This document shows positions 9,271 through 19,627 of a DNA stretch of 58,397 nucleotides, piece by piece. The stretch is from NCBI GenBank assembly GCA_902797655.1, contig CADBTV010000065.1, positions 1 through 58,397 of the forward strand. The letters are read 5' to 3'. Both the position numbers and the translations under genes were made by a program. The stretch is from an uncultured Ruminococcus sp. Lineage in GTDB: Bacteria; Bacillota; Clostridia; Oscillospirales; Acutalibacteraceae. Positions within the stretch are counted from its first letter, which is position 1. Every line of letters starts with the position of its first letter. The notes below the pieces were generated by a model. The model was not told the origin of the DNA. It did no database searches and saw nothing but the letters and a program-made list of their open reading frames with translations.

Positions 9271-10778
9271 TATTTAACTCCGAGAGTTCTGAGCACATAG
9301 TCAGGCATTTCCTCAACCTTAACTACGTCGGAGAATCTGGGCTTTTTGTCCTTTAAGCTGGAGAGCGGCTTCGGAATATCCGCTGAGGTTATGTCATTGA
9401 GCAGGTCAACCATATCAAATTCATTGTCGGGAAGCCTGCGTCCGTCGTTGACTGCGTCCAGCACTGACTTCGAGAACTTGTACGGGCTTGCGGTTGAAGC
9501 GATTACAACAGGAGTTTTGTCGCCTGTTTCGCTTACGTACTTATCGTAAACCGCCAAGGCTACTGCTGTGTGAGTATCGCAGAGGTAACCCTGCTCCGAA
9601 AACATCTTTTTGATAGTTTCTTTAGTCTTATCGTCGTCGCAGAAGCCGCCGTAGAACGCTGACTTAACCTTTTCCTTAACCTCGGGAGTTACTTCGTACT
9701 TGCCCTCTGTTTTGAGAGCGGTCATCCATTCTCTTGTCATTTCGTCGTTGTCGCCGGAGAGCTTGTAGAGAAGTCTCTCGAGGTTTGACGAAACGAGAAT
9801 ATCCATCGACGGAGAGATTGTTGTGTAGAACCTGCGGTTCTTGTCATACACGCCGGTGTTGATGAAGTCGGTGAGAACGTTGTTTGAGTTAGAAGCGCAG
9901 ATGAACTTGTTAACCGGAAGTCCCATACAATAAGCGTAGTAGGAAGCGAGGATGTTGCCGAAGTTTCCTGTTGGAACAACGACATTGATTTTATCGCCGA
10001 GCTCAATCTTGCCGTCGTTGACAAGCTCGCAGTAGGAGGCTATGTAGTATACAATCTGCGGAAGCAGTCTGCCCCAGTTGATTGAGTTGGCGGAGCTGAA
10101 CATCATATTGTTCTCCCCGAGCTTTTCGGCAATTTCCGGAGTAGTGAAGATTTTCTTGACTCCTGTCTGAGCGTCGTCGAAGTTGCCCTCAATAGCGCAG
10201 ACTTTTACGTTCTCGCCCTCCTGAGTATTCATCTGGTGCTTCTGCATCGGGCTTACGCCGTCAACAGGATAGAACACGATAATTTTGGTATGCTCAACGT
10301 CCTTGAAGCCCTCGAGAGCAGCCTTGCCTGTGTCTCCGGAGGTAGCGACGAGGATTACGGCGTCCTTGCCGTCGTTGGTCTTTTTGAGTGATTTTGTAAG
10401 CAGGTGCGGCAGGATTTGCAGAGCCATATCCTTAAACGCGCAGGTCGGGCCGTGCCAGAGCTCCAGAATGTTTACGTCGTTGCCGTTGTACTTTTTGTAC
10501 GCGATCGGGGCAGGATTGTCGGAGCCGAATTTCTCGGAGGTGTACGCCTTTTCGACGCAATCCTCAATTTCCTCAGCGCTAAAGTCAGCGAGGAAGTCGG
10601 AGAAAACCTTCTTTGCGATTCCCTTGTAGCCGAGCGGCAAAAGACTCTTGATGGTCTCGAGGCTGTACTCGGGGAGCTCCTGCGGAACAAAAAGTCCGCC
10701 GTCCTTTGAGATACCCTGAGCGATTGCCTGCGAAGCTGATACAACTTCGTTTTTGTTTTCTGTACTGTTATATAACAT
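9270..10778 (-). CDS. thrC: Threonine synthase
   Basis: ELWHGPTCAFKD (PLP Lys), ATSGDTG, SANSINWGR, VPTGNFGN, SPSMDI, TASPYKF. Confidence 0.96.
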   Translation of the reverse strand: MLYNSTENKNEVVSASQAIAQGISKDGGLFVPQELPEYSLETIKSLLPLGYKGIAKKVFSDFLADFSAEEIEDCVEKAYTSEKFGSDNPAPIAYKKYNGNDVNILELWHGPTCAFKDMALQILPHLLTKSLKKTNDGKDAVILVATSGDTGKAALEGFKDVEHTKIIVFYPVDGVSPMQKHQMNTQEGENVKVCAIEGNFDDAQTGVKKIFTTPEIAEKLGENNMMFSSANSINWGRLLPQIVYYIASYCELVNDGKIELGDKINVVVPTGNFGNILASYYAYCMGLPVNKFICASNSNNVLTDFINTGVYDKNRRFYTTISPSMDILVSSNLERLLYKLSGDNDEMTREWMTALKTEGKYEVTPEVKEKVKSAFYGGFCDDDKTKETIKKMFSEQGYLCDTHTAVALAVYDKYVSETGDKTPVVIASTASPYKFSKSVLDAVNDGRRLPDNEFDMVDLLNDITSADIPKPLSSLKDKKPRFSDVVKVEEMPDYVLRTLGVK

Positions 10779-10823
10779 AAAATCACCCTTTCGATTCTTT
10801 TACATCCAATTTCACATCTAAAC

Positions 10824-10852
10824 ATTATACCGTATTAGAGGTTATTTGTCAA
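10824..10852 (-). promoter_or_regulatory. Sigma-A promoter of thrC
   Basis: Perfect TTGACA-N17-TATAAT; the -35 lies in the last codons of the upstream dipeptidase gene. Confidence 0.85.
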
Positions 10853-11771
10853 AGTTTTGACAAAATTCATACGCGTTTTTGAAAAATATTTTTTCGACAA
10901 GCTCCTCGGGGTAGTTTATTTTCAGAAAAGCCTCGTAAATATCGGGCATAGAATTGATTCCGAGGACGTCAACAGGTAGGTCACAGCCGTCAAAGTCGGC
11001 GCCGACCGCGAGGTTATCCTCTCCTCCGAGTGAGAGAAAATGCTCGGCGTGACGGAGAATATCGGTCTTTGAAGCCTTTAGCTTGTCTTTATTGAGAAAA
11101 TCGCGGTGAAAGTTGAGCCCGACCAGACCGTTTCTTCTCTTGATAATACAGAACTGCTCGTCAGTCAGGTTGCGTTTGTGATTGGTTACAGCCCGGGAAT
11201 TTGAATGAGTGGCGATTAATGGTTTTTCGGAATACTTTACAATATCGTAGAACAACCTGTCGCTCGCGTGAGAAACGTCAACGAGTATGTTGTTAGCTTC
11301 AAGCCGCGTTATAACCTCAATGCCGAATTTTGTAATGCCGTTTGAGTGGCTTACCATAGCTCCGGCTCCGAGCTCGTTTCTGCCGTTCCAGGTCAGGGTT
11401 ACTATCCTGACGCCGTAATCCTTAAACAGCTCGATGTTGTTAATATCTCCGGCGAGAACTGACGCGTTTTCTACAGTAAAGACTGCTCCCCTGCCCTGAC
11501 TTTCGGCTACTTCACTGAGGTCTGAATAATTCTTTATAATTCTAATATCGAATTTTGCACACTGTTCCTTCAGCTTTTTGTAAGCTTCGGTAAACATTTT
11601 TGTTGCTCTCTCGCCTGTTATTTCCTCGGGAACGCAAATCGCGAAGCACTGGATATACGGGGCTATCCCTTTGGATTTTTCGGGCGTTATGTGAAAAGCC
11701 GGATTGGAAATGTCGCAGCCCTTTACGAGAGCTTCGTAAATAGTATCACAATGAAAATCAAAAAGACGCAT
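10842..11771 (-). CDS. Membrane dipeptidase family (peptidase M19)
   Basis: DFHCDT, LTWN, DVSH, ATHSN, RNLTDEQ, GADFDG. Start ATG 11771. Confidence 0.9.
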   Translation of the reverse strand: MRLFDFHCDTIYEALVKGCDISNPAFHITPEKSKGIAPYIQCFAICVPEEITGERATKMFTEAYKKLKEQCAKFDIRIIKNYSDLSEVAESQGRGAVFTVENASVLAGDINNIELFKDYGVRIVTLTWNGRNELGAGAMVSHSNGITKFGIEVITRLEANNILVDVSHASDRLFYDIVKYSEKPLIATHSNSRAVTNHKRNLTDEQFCIIKRRNGLVGLNFHRDFLNKDKLKASKTDILRHAEHFLSLGGEDNLAVGADFDGCDLPVDVLGINSMPDIYEAFLKINYPEELVEKIFFKNAYEFCQNFDK

Positions 11772-12138
11772 AGTTTTCCCTCTGGATAAAAGCATTGTCA
11801 ATGTAGTTTATGTCGAGCTTTCCTTTTTCGTTCACTATGACCTCCGCGATGTCGAAGCGTGGTTGTTTATCTGTTATGTATCGTTTGCAGAAAACAGCAG
11901 CGGTTTTGATTATGCGCTCCTGCTTTTTATGCCCGACGGAATACATCGGGTCGAGCATTTGCCCCGAGGTTCGTGTCTTGACCTCGACAAAAGCGATATA
12001 ATCCCTGTTCTCGGCGATAATATCAATCTCGCCGAATTTGCTTGAATAGTTCTTTGTTATGATTTTAAATTTATTCTTACGCAGGTATTTTACGACCGCC
12101 TTCTCGCCTTTTCTGCCGAGCTTTTTATAATCAGTCAT
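11758..12138 (-). CDS. yraN: YraN family putative endonuclease
   Basis: [23 protein letters not shown]; conserved position after rnhB. Confidence 0.92.
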   Translation of the reverse strand: MTDYKKLGRKGEKAVVKYLRKNKFKIITKNYSSKFGEIDIIAENRDYIAFVEVKTRTSGQMLDPMYSVGHKKQERIIKTAAVFCKRYITDKQPRFDIAEVIVNEKGKLDINYIDNAFIQRENYASF

Positions 12139-12736
12139 TGTTTAGAATCTTTGTGAGGAAGCTGAGTCTGTGAATTTCACAGGGGCCGTATTCTTTAATC
12201 TTCTCGGTGTGGAGCTTTGTGCCGTAGCCCTTGTGCTTGTCGAAGCCGTACTCGGGGTATTTTTCAGCGTATTCATAGCAGAGTCTGTCACGACTAACCT
12301 TGGCGAGAATTGAAGCCGCAGCAATTGACATCGACTTTGCGTCGCCCTTGATTACGTATTCGCAGGGAATATCGAGCGGAGGGAGTCGGTTGCCGTCGAT
12401 TAAAGCGTAATCAGCCTTGACGCTTAGTCCGTCAACCGCTCGCTTCATAGCGAGCATAGTGGCGTTGAGGATGTTCATACTCTCGATTTCCTCAACGGTT
12501 GCGAATGCGATTGAGTACGCGAGAGCTTCTGTTTTAATTACATCAAAGAGAGCCTCGCGCTTTTTCTCGCTGAGCTTTTTTGAGTCGTTAACGCCCTCGA
12601 TTATACGTCCCTCGGGAAGTATTACGGCAGCCGCGCAAACAGGTCCGGCAAGCGGTCCGCGTCCTGCTTCGTCAACTCCGCAAACATACTTAAAGCCCTT
12701 GTTGATAGTTTTCTTCTCGTATTCAAGCCAGTTCAT
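12131..12736 (-). CDS. rnhB: Ribonuclease HII
   Basis: [38 protein letters not shown]. Confidence 0.97.
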   Translation of the reverse strand: MNWLEYEKKTINKGFKYVCGVDEAGRGPLAGPVCAAAVILPEGRIIEGVNDSKKLSEKKREALFDVIKTEALAYSIAFATVEEIESMNILNATMLAMKRAVDGLSVKADYALIDGNRLPPLDIPCEYVIKGDAKSMSIAAASILAKVSRDRLCYEYAEKYPEYGFDKHKGYGTKLHTEKIKEYGPCEIHRLSFLTKILNND

Positions 12737-13605
12737 CACAATTCCTCCGGGTATTCAAGGGTTATAAATCCGAACTTTCCGCCGCGGTATTCGTCAAAAA
12801 TCAGGTTAGCCGCGCGTTCGGTGTCAATCTCTCCTCCGGAGATGAGCATACCTCTTTTTCTGCCGATTAATTCGAGCATCTCAAAGGGTTGTAAATCCTG
12901 AATGTCATCCGCTTTGAGCTTGAATCGCGCCAAAAATTCATCCGTCGGATGATTCTGCATAAGCTCGAGAAAATCCATCGCAAGCGATTCAATATCGAGA
13001 ATGTTGTCTTTTATCGCGCCGGTAAACGCAAGGTGCAGGGCTACTTTTTGGTCGTCGAATTTAGGCCACAAAACGCCGGGAGTGTCGAGCATTTCGAGGT
13101 CAGAGGATATTGTGTACCACTGGTTACCTCTTGTAACTCCGGGTCTGTCCTCGACTTTAGCTCTTGTTTGCTTTGAGATTTTGTTGATAAACGAGGACTT
13201 TCCGACGTTCGGAATACCTACGATCATCACGCGAAGAATAGGGCTTTTGAGTCCTTTAGCCTGCTGCGCCTTGAATTTATCCGAGAGGATTTCCCGCACG
13301 GCAGGAACGAATTTGTTGAGCCCTCTGCCGCTTTTGCAGTCAACCGGAATCGCCTTTATCCCCTTGTTATGATAATAGGTTATCCACTGATTTGTAGCGT
13401 TGCGGTTAGCCTTGTCGCATTTGTTGAGCAGCACGAGCTTCGGCTTGCTGCTCAGAAGCTCCGCCAAATCCGGATTGCTGCTGCTGATTGGAATACGTGC
13501 GTCGAGTATCTCAACAACGACATCAATGAGCTTCAGGCTCTCTTTTATCTTTCGTTTCGTCTTGGTCATATGACCCGGAAACCACTGAATATACTGATTT
13601 TCCAT
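12736..13605 (-). CDS. ylqF: Ribosome biogenesis GTPase YlqF/RbgA
   Basis: [34 protein letters not shown] (circularly permuted GTPase). Start 13605 or 13617. Confidence 0.96.
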   Translation of the reverse strand: MENQYIQWFPGHMTKTKRKIKESLKLIDVVVEILDARIPISSSNPDLAELLSSKPKLVLLNKCDKANRNATNQWITYYHNKGIKAIPVDCKSGRGLNKFVPAVREILSDKFKAQQAKGLKSPILRVMIVGIPNVGKSSFINKISKQTRAKVEDRPGVTRGNQWYTISSDLEMLDTPGVLWPKFDDQKVALHLAFTGAIKDNILDIESLAMDFLELMQNHPTDEFLARFKLKADDIQDLQPFEMLELIGRKRGMLISGGEIDTERAANLIFDEYRGGKFGFITLEYPEEL

Positions 13606-13631
13606 AGCTTTACACATCCATAATTAAGAAT

Positions 13632-13659
13632 AAACTCACACCGAAAAAGATGTGAGTTT
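13632..13659 (-). terminator. Hairpin downstream of the lepB pair
   Basis: AAACTCACA...TGTGAGTTT 9-bp stem with a weak U-tract. Confidence 0.4.
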
Positions 13660-13674
13660 GAGTTTAGCCTAAGT

Positions 13675-14265
13675 TTAGCCTACAAATTTAATATGATTGA
13701 ATGGAAAGACAACAAACTGAGCCTTTCCGATAATGTCCTTGGAGTCTATCAAGCCTATCTCCGGAGAGCGGCTGTCAAGAGAAACCGTTCGGTTATCGCC
13801 CATAACAAATACCTTGCCCTCGGGAATAACATCGGGAATCTCGCCCTGCTCGTCTCGGGTATGACCCTGGATATAATCCTCCTGCAAAAGCTCGCCGTTA
13901 ACCCTGACAGTTTCCGACTCAAAGTCAATCTGGAGCCTGTCGCCCTCGGTTGCGATTACACGCTTGATGAGCGGCTTTGAATACTCAGCTCCGTGGCTGA
14001 TTACAACGATGTCGCCGTGCTTCGGAGTATAGAAGAAGTTTGTGACGATTACCTTGTCCTCGCTCTTTAACGTCTGGAGCATCGAGGTTCCGCTGACGTC
14101 AACAAGCCTCAGGAAAAAAGTAAGTATTATTACTACAATCGCGACAGCAAACACAAGCGAGTGTACCCACTCGTAAAGGTTTGCGGTACCATCTGACTTT
14201 TTGAGATGGATTGTACGCGATTCCCTTGGTTCTTCTTTATGATTTTTAAGCTTTGATTCACTCAT
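13675..14265 (-). CDS. lepB: Signal peptidase I (copy 2 in transcription order)
   Basis: One TM helix, GTSM (Ser), LIKRVIA (Lys), GDNRTVSLDSR; AAGGTG SD. Confidence 0.93.
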   Translation of the reverse strand: MSESKLKNHKEEPRESRTIHLKKSDGTANLYEWVHSLVFAVAIVVIILTFFLRLVDVSGTSMLQTLKSEDKVIVTNFFYTPKHGDIVVISHGAEYSKPLIKRVIATEGDRLQIDFESETVRVNGELLQEDYIQGHTRDEQGEIPDVIPEGKVFVMGDNRTVSLDSRSPEIGLIDSKDIIGKAQFVVFPFNHIKFVG

Positions 14266-14275
14266 TGAAATCACC

Positions 14276-14842
14276 TTATTTTATAAATCTGAAATTTTGC
14301 AACGGAAAAACAACACACCTTACCTTGCCGATGATGTTCTTTTCATCAATAAGACCGATTCTGGTGCCTCGGCTGTCGCTTGATTCCTCGCGGTTATCGC
14401 CCATTACAAAGACCTTGTTTTTCGGAATTACGGAAGGAATCTTCGCGTCCTCCATAGTGGTCTTGCCTCGGATGTACGGCTCGTCAAGAACCTTTCCGTC
14501 TACGGTGACGGTGTTTTTGTCAAAGTCGATATTTAAGGTCTGACCCTCGGTTGCGATAACACGCTTCACGAGAGGTTGGTTATACTCCTCGCCGTGGCTT
14601 ATGATAACTACGTCGCCGGTTGATGGAGTTGTAAAAGTGTTGGTGATGAGCACCTTTTCCCGATGGACAAGAGTCGGGTACATCGACTTGCCGTCAATAT
14701 CAACAACCCTGACAAAAAAGGTCAGAACGATTACAACAATCGCGAACGCGAAAGCAAAAGAACTCATCCAGTCGAATAACGTGTTGACGGACTCGGACTT
14801 TTTGAGATGTATTGTTTCGGTTTCTTTGCCTGTGTTTTTCAT
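14276..14842 (-). CDS. lepB: Signal peptidase I (copy 1)
   Basis: One TM helix, GKSMYPT, LVKRVIA, GDNREESSDSR. Confidence 0.93.
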   Translation of the reverse strand: MKNTGKETETIHLKKSESVNTLFDWMSSFAFAFAIVVIVLTFFVRVVDIDGKSMYPTLVHREKVLITNTFTTPSTGDVVIISHGEEYNQPLVKRVIATEGQTLNIDFDKNTVTVDGKVLDEPYIRGKTTMEDAKIPSVIPKNKVFVMGDNREESSDSRGTRIGLIDEKNIIGKVRCVVFPLQNFRFIK

Positions 14843-14863
14843 AATGCTTCCCAAAAGAATAGT

Positions 14864-14887
14864 AAAAAAGGGACTGAACAGTCCCCT
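14864..14887 (-). terminator. Intrinsic terminator after rplS
   Basis: (-) GGGGACT-GTTC-AGTCCC followed by TTTTTT. Confidence 0.75.
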
Positions 14888-14896
14888 CTCTTACTA

Positions 14897-15238
14897 TTAG
14901 ACTTGTTCTTTAACCTTTGCAGCTTTACCGACACGGTCACGAAGGTAATAAAGCTTAGCTCTTCTGACCTTACCGCGGCGAACAACCTCGACCTTTCTTA
15001 CGTTAGGCGAGTGAAGCGGGAAAACCCTCTCGATACCTACGCCGTAAGAAACACGTCTTACTGTGAATGTCTCGGCAACGCCCGAACCGCGCTTAGCGAT
15101 AACAGTGCCTTCGAACATCTGGATTCTTTCTCTCTGTCCCTCACGGATGTTTACAGATACCTTAACAGTATCACCGATACGGAACTGAGGCGCGTCAGCC
15201 TTTACAGACTCAGCGGCAATTGTTTTTAATGCGTCCAT
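14897..15238 (-). CDS. rplS: 50S ribosomal protein L19
   Basis: [38 protein letters not shown]. Confidence 0.99.
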   Translation of the reverse strand: MDALKTIAAESVKADAPQFRIGDTVKVSVNIREGQRERIQMFEGTVIAKRGSGVAETFTVRRVSYGVGIERVFPLHSPNVRKVEVVRRGKVRRAKLYYLRDRVGKAAKVKEQV

Positions 15239-15260
15239 ATTGAACCTCCTAATAATTTCA

Positions 15261-15294
15261 GATATTCGTGCGTCAAACGCAGAGGACTATCCGC
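15261..15294 (-). ncRNA. L19 leader (cis-regulatory RNA)
   Basis: (-) GCGGATAGTCCTCTGCGTTTGACGCACGAATATC just 5' of the rplS SD; matches the recalled GAT.GTCC.CTG...GAA.ATC pattern of Firmicutes L19 leaders. Confidence 0.7.
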
Positions 15295-15360
15295 TTCAAA
15301 TTGCGGCTAATGCCGTTATTGAACCCCATTACACCAGTAACGGTATCCAAATGCCTAAAT

Positions 15361-15389
15361 ATCATACCACAAATTAAAGCTAATTGCAA
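15361..15389 (-). promoter_or_regulatory. Sigma-A promoter of rplS
   Basis: TTGCAA-N17-TATGAT with extended -10 TG. Confidence 0.7.
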
Positions 15390-15402
15390 GTGTTTTTTGC
15401 TA

Positions 15403-16326
15403 TTATCCGTAGATATTGTTAAGCTTGCTCAAAAACTTCTGAAAATACTCCGGCAAATCTGATGAAAACTCGAGGTATTCCCCACTCGTCGGATGTACAA
15501 AGCCTATTTTGCGCGCGTGAAGGCACTGACCGGGGAAGCTCGTCTTTTCCTTTTTGACTCCGTAAACGTCGTCACCTGCGACAGGATGGCCTATATACGC
15601 CATATGAACCCTTATCTGGTGAGTCCGTCCTGTCTCGAGGATACACTTGATGTGGGTGTATTTGCCGAAGCGTTTGATTACCTCAAAGTGAGTTACGGCG
15701 TTTTTTGAGTTCTTGTCGGTAACTGTCATCTTCTTGCGATCGGTATGATGACGACCGATAGGAGCGTCAACCGTTCCGCTGTCCTCCCTGAAATTACCAT
15801 GAACAACGGCTTCGTATTCCCTGGTAAAAGAATGCTCCTGAATCTGTTTGGCAAGGTGCTTGTGAGCCTTATCGTTCTTCGCGACTATAAGCAGTCCGCT
15901 TGTGTTTTTGTCAATCCTGTGCACAATCCCGGGACGCATAACTCCGTTAATTCCGGATAATTCGTCCTTGCAGTGATAAAGCAGAGCGTTCACAAGCGTG
16001 CCCTCGTAATTTCCGGCAGCCGGATGGACAACCATTCCCTTTGGCTTGTTGACTACAAGCAGATCGCTGTCCTCATAAACAATATCAAGCGGAATGTTCT
16101 CCGCCTTTGCTTCGTATTCAACCGGGTCGGGAATCGTTATCTCAATCTCATCACCGGCTCGAAGCTTGTAATTCTTGGCGACAGTTTTTCCGCTGACGAT
16201 TACGCTGCCGCTTTCAATCAGGTTTACTATAGAGCTGCGCGTAACGTCGGGAACATTATCCGCAAGGTATTTGTCAATCCTCACGCCCTTGTCGTCGGGA
16301 GTTATTTTGAATTTATAGCTTTCCAT
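15403..16326 (-). CDS. rluD: RluA/RluD family pseudouridine synthase
   Basis: N-terminal S4 domain, VNKPKGMVVHP, HRIDKNTSG (Asp), TGRTHQIRVH; follows lspA. Confidence 0.92.
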   Translation of the reverse strand: MESYKFKITPDDKGVRIDKYLADNVPDVTRSSIVNLIESGSVIVSGKTVAKNYKLRAGDEIEITIPDPVEYEAKAENIPLDIVYEDSDLLVVNKPKGMVVHPAAGNYEGTLVNALLYHCKDELSGINGVMRPGIVHRIDKNTSGLLIVAKNDKAHKHLAKQIQEHSFTREYEAVVHGNFREDSGTVDAPIGRHHTDRKKMTVTDKNSKNAVTHFEVIKRFGKYTHIKCILETGRTHQIRVHMAYIGHPVAGDDVYGVKKEKTSFPGQCLHARKIGFVHPTSGEYLEFSSDLPEYFQKFLSKLNNIYG

Positions 16327-16792
16327 TTTGCTTATCCTTTTTTGAGAGGAAATCGGTGAAGAATATCAGGTAGATTACCATTAATCCGGCGCCAACGGTT
16401 ATGCAGTAATCCGCAAAGTTGCACACCGGAGGGAAAAAGCTTACGCTCAGATAATCGACCACAAAGCCGTAGAAGATTCTGTCGATAAGATTTCCGATTC
16501 CGCCGCCGATAATCAGAATCGCGGAAATGTTGAAAAGCTTGCTTGTGATTCGCTTTTTAAATATAAAGTAAATCAGCACCGCGATCACGATAAATGTAAA
16601 CACAATAAAAATCCATCTTGCGTTCGAGAGCATTCCGAACGCCGCTCCCCTGTTCTCCACGTAAGTGAGCGAGAACAATCCCGGGATTACAGCCAGAGAG
16701 CCGATAGGTTTTAGGTTGTTGAGGACAAGTATTTTAATAATATAATCAATTAACGCCACGACGAGCGATAATCCTAAAACGATATAAGGCAT
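16313..16792 (-). CDS. lspA: Lipoprotein signal peptidase II
   Basis: NRGAAFG, GNLIDR, VVDY, NFAD; four hydrophobic segments; GGAG SD before ATG 16792. Confidence 0.95.
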   Translation of the reverse strand: MPYIVLGLSLVVALIDYIIKILVLNNLKPIGSLAVIPGLFSLTYVENRGAAFGMLSNARWIFIVFTFIVIAVLIYFIFKKRITSKLFNISAILIIGGGIGNLIDRIFYGFVVDYLSVSFFPPVCNFADYCITVGAGLMVIYLIFFTDFLSKKDKQNGKL

Positions 16793-16802
16793 ATAAAACT
16801 CC

Positions 16803-16833
16803 AAAAAGGTCGGTGTAGCAGTCTACACCGACC
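16803..16833 (-). terminator. Intrinsic terminator after ileS
   Basis: Perfect 11-bp stem GGTCGGTGTAG/CTACACCGACC, 4-nt loop, TTTTT. Confidence 0.85.
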
Positions 16834-16840
16834 GATTTAA

Positions 16841-19603
16841 TTATTCAAAAAATTTGCAGCATTTGTCGCAAAGTGTCGGGTGAGCGGAATTCTGACCAAC
16901 AGACTTGCTGATTGACCAGCATCTTTCGCACTTTTCGCCCTCTGCTTTCTCGACAGTGATTTTTAATTCGCCGTCGCCTTCGACAATCTCAACCTCTGAA
17001 ACGATGAGAGCAGGCTTGATTTCATCCTCAACCTTTTTGAGGAATTCAAGGGTTTCGCCCGAGGCTTCGAGAGTAACCTTTGATTCAAGCGAGGATTTGA
17101 TTGTTTTGTCCTTGACGAGAACCTCGATTTCCTTCTTGACGTCGTCTCTGAGAGCGGAGATTCTGTCCCACATCGCCATAAAGTTATCGTCAACATCAAG
17201 AGACACAACCTCAGGCATTTCGTTGAAGAGGATGTTCTCGGTGTTGTCGCCGGACTTGTGAGGCATATACTGCCAGATTTCGTCGGAAGTATACGCGAGA
17301 ATCGGGCAAAGCATTCTTGTCATAGCGTCGAGAATCAAGTACATTGCGCTCTGAGCAGAACGTCTCGCGAGGCTGTCCTTCTTCTCGGTGTAGAGTCTGT
17401 CCTTGAGCACGTCGAGGTAGAAGTTGGACATATCTACCACGCAGAATTTATGGATACTGTGATAAACCTGATGGAACTCAAATTTATCATACGAAGTCTT
17501 AACCTTTTCAATGAGGTTGTTGAGAGTCTTTACTGCCCATTTGTCGATATTAGTAAAGTTCTCGGGAGCAACCATATCATTGTCGGGGTCAAAGTCGTTT
17601 AAGTTGCCGAGGATGTAACGAGCTGTGTTACGGATTTTTCTGTAAGCTTCCGAGGTCTGCTTCAGGATTTCGCGTGAAATACTTACGTCAGACTGATAGT
17701 CGGAGGAAGAAACCCAAAGTCTCAGAACATCCGCGCCGTACTGCTGAATAACCTCCTGAGGACTGATTCCGTTGCCGAGCGACTTACTCATTTTGCGCTT
17801 CTCCATATCGAGAATCATTCCGTGAGTGAGTACGGTTTTGTACGGAGCGCAGCCTTCTGTCGCGACAGATGTGAGCAGTGATGACTGGAACCAACCTCTG
17901 TACTGGTCGTTACCCTCGAGGTATAGGTCAGCAGGATATTTTAAGTACGGACGGCGTTTTACTACAGCTCTGTGAGAGGAGCCGCTGTCGAACCAAACGT
18001 CCATAATGTCGGATTCTTTCTCAAATTCCTTGCAGCCGCACTTAGGACAGCTAACGCCCTCCGGCATAAGCTCGCCCGCTTCCTTCTCGAACCAGGCGTT
18101 TGAGCCCTCCTCGCCGAAGATTTCGGCAACCTTGAGCATAGCTTCCTTGTCAACATAAGGCTCGTTGCAGTCCTTGCAGTAGAAAATCGGGATTGGAACG
18201 CCCCACTTACGCTGACGAGAGATACACCAGTCCTTGCGGTCGCGAACCATTGAACTGATTCTCTCTTTACCCCAAGCCGGAACCCACTCGACAGTGTTGA
18301 TAGCGTCGATAGCTTCATTCTTGAAGTCGTCTACCGAGCAGAACCACTGGTCTGTAGCTCTGAACAGAATCGGGGACTTGCATCTCCAGCAATGCGGATA
18401 CTGATGGATAATCTTTTTGAGAGCAAACAGGGAGCCTGTTTCATCAAGATGAATTGCAATCTTTTTGTTTGCTTCGTCGGTTGTCAACCCCGCAAACTGA
18501 CCTGCTTCTTCTGTCAAAACTCCGTTGGAGTCAACAGGACAGATAACAGGAATATCGTAATTAAGACAAACGTTGTAGTCGTCAACACCGTGACCGGGAG
18601 CTGTGTGTACGCAGCCTGTACCGCTTTCGAGAGTTACGTGCTCGCCCACAATAACGAGAGATTCACGGTCAAGGAACGGATGAGCGGTTTTCATATATTC
18701 AAGCTCACTGCCCTTGATTGTTGCAACAACCTCGTAATCGGTAATCTCAGCTTCATCAAGCGCTGATTTGAATAAATCGGTAGCCATAACGTAGTATTCG
18801 TCACCGCACTTGATGATAGAATACTCGTATCTGGGGCCTACGCAGATAGCAAGGTTAGCAGGCAGAGTCCATGTAGTTGTTGTCCAGATTACGAAGTTAA
18901 CCTTGGACGGGTCAATGCCCATAGCCTCGAACTTACCGAGGTCGTCAGTTACCTTGAACTTAACATAGATTGAATGACACGGATCCTCGGCGTATTCAAT
19001 CTCAGCCTCAGCAAGAGCAGTCTTACATTCGGGGCACCAGTAAACAGGCTTTAAGCCCTTGTAGATATAGCCCTTGGTTGCCATTTCGGCAAAGACCTTA
19101 ATCTGCTCAGCCTCGAACTCGTGCTTCAGGGTGATGTACGGGTTATCCCACTCGCCTATCGCTCCGAGACGCTTGAACTGATCGCGCTGGTCGTTGATAT
19201 AGCCTGTAACAAACTCCTCGCACATCTTGCGCAGCTCAACCACGGAAATATCCGCGGAACTGCCGATACCGGCTTTCTGACGGGCTTTGAGCTCAGTCGG
19301 AAGTCCGTGAGTGTCCCATCCGGGAACGAACGGAGACTTGAAGCCGGCCATATTCTTATAACGCACGATGAAATCCTTTAGGATTTTGTTGAGCGCGTGA
19401 CCGAGGTGGATGTCGCCGTTAGCGTACGGAGGACCGTCGTGGAGAACGTAGAGAGGTTTACCCTCGTTGAGCTCCATTAACTTATCATATACTTTGTTAT
19501 CTTCCCATTTCTGTAAGGTAACAGGCTCACTCTTTGGTAAGCCTGCCCTCATTGGAAAATCAGTCTTTGGAAGATTAAGTGTGGAATTATAATCCTGAGA
19601 CAT
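16841..19603 (-). CDS. ileS: Isoleucine--tRNA ligase (bacterial type 1)
   Basis: GPPYANG-HLGH, WCISRQR, KMSKS, C-terminal CERC...CDKC zinc finger. Confidence 0.98.
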   Translation of the reverse strand: MSQDYNSTLNLPKTDFPMRAGLPKSEPVTLQKWEDNKVYDKLMELNEGKPLYVLHDGPPYANGDIHLGHALNKILKDFIVRYKNMAGFKSPFVPGWDTHGLPTELKARQKAGIGSSADISVVELRKMCEEFVTGYINDQRDQFKRLGAIGEWDNPYITLKHEFEAEQIKVFAEMATKGYIYKGLKPVYWCPECKTALAEAEIEYAEDPCHSIYVKFKVTDDLGKFEAMGIDPSKVNFVIWTTTTWTLPANLAICVGPRYEYSIIKCGDEYYVMATDLFKSALDEAEITDYEVVATIKGSELEYMKTAHPFLDRESLVIVGEHVTLESGTGCVHTAPGHGVDDYNVCLNYDIPVICPVDSNGVLTEEAGQFAGLTTDEANKKIAIHLDETGSLFALKKIIHQYPHCWRCKSPILFRATDQWFCSVDDFKNEAIDAINTVEWVPAWGKERISSMVRDRKDWCISRQRKWGVPIPIFYCKDCNEPYVDKEAMLKVAEIFGEEGSNAWFEKEAGELMPEGVSCPKCGCKEFEKESDIMDVWFDSGSSHRAVVKRRPYLKYPADLYLEGNDQYRGWFQSSLLTSVATEGCAPYKTVLTHGMILDMEKRKMSKSLGNGISPQEVIQQYGADVLRLWVSSSDYQSDVSISREILKQTSEAYRKIRNTARYILGNLNDFDPDNDMVAPENFTNIDKWAVKTLNNLIEKVKTSYDKFEFHQVYHSIHKFCVVDMSNFYLDVLKDRLYTEKKDSLARRSAQSAMYLILDAMTRMLCPILAYTSDEIWQYMPHKSGDNTENILFNEMPEVVSLDVDDNFMAMWDRISALRDDVKKEIEVLVKDKTIKSSLESKVTLEASGETLEFLKKVEDEIKPALIVSEVEIVEGDGELKITVEKAEGEKCERCWSISKSVGQNSAHPTLCDKCCKFFE

Positions 19604-19627
19604 TCTGATTACTCCTAAATATTAAAA

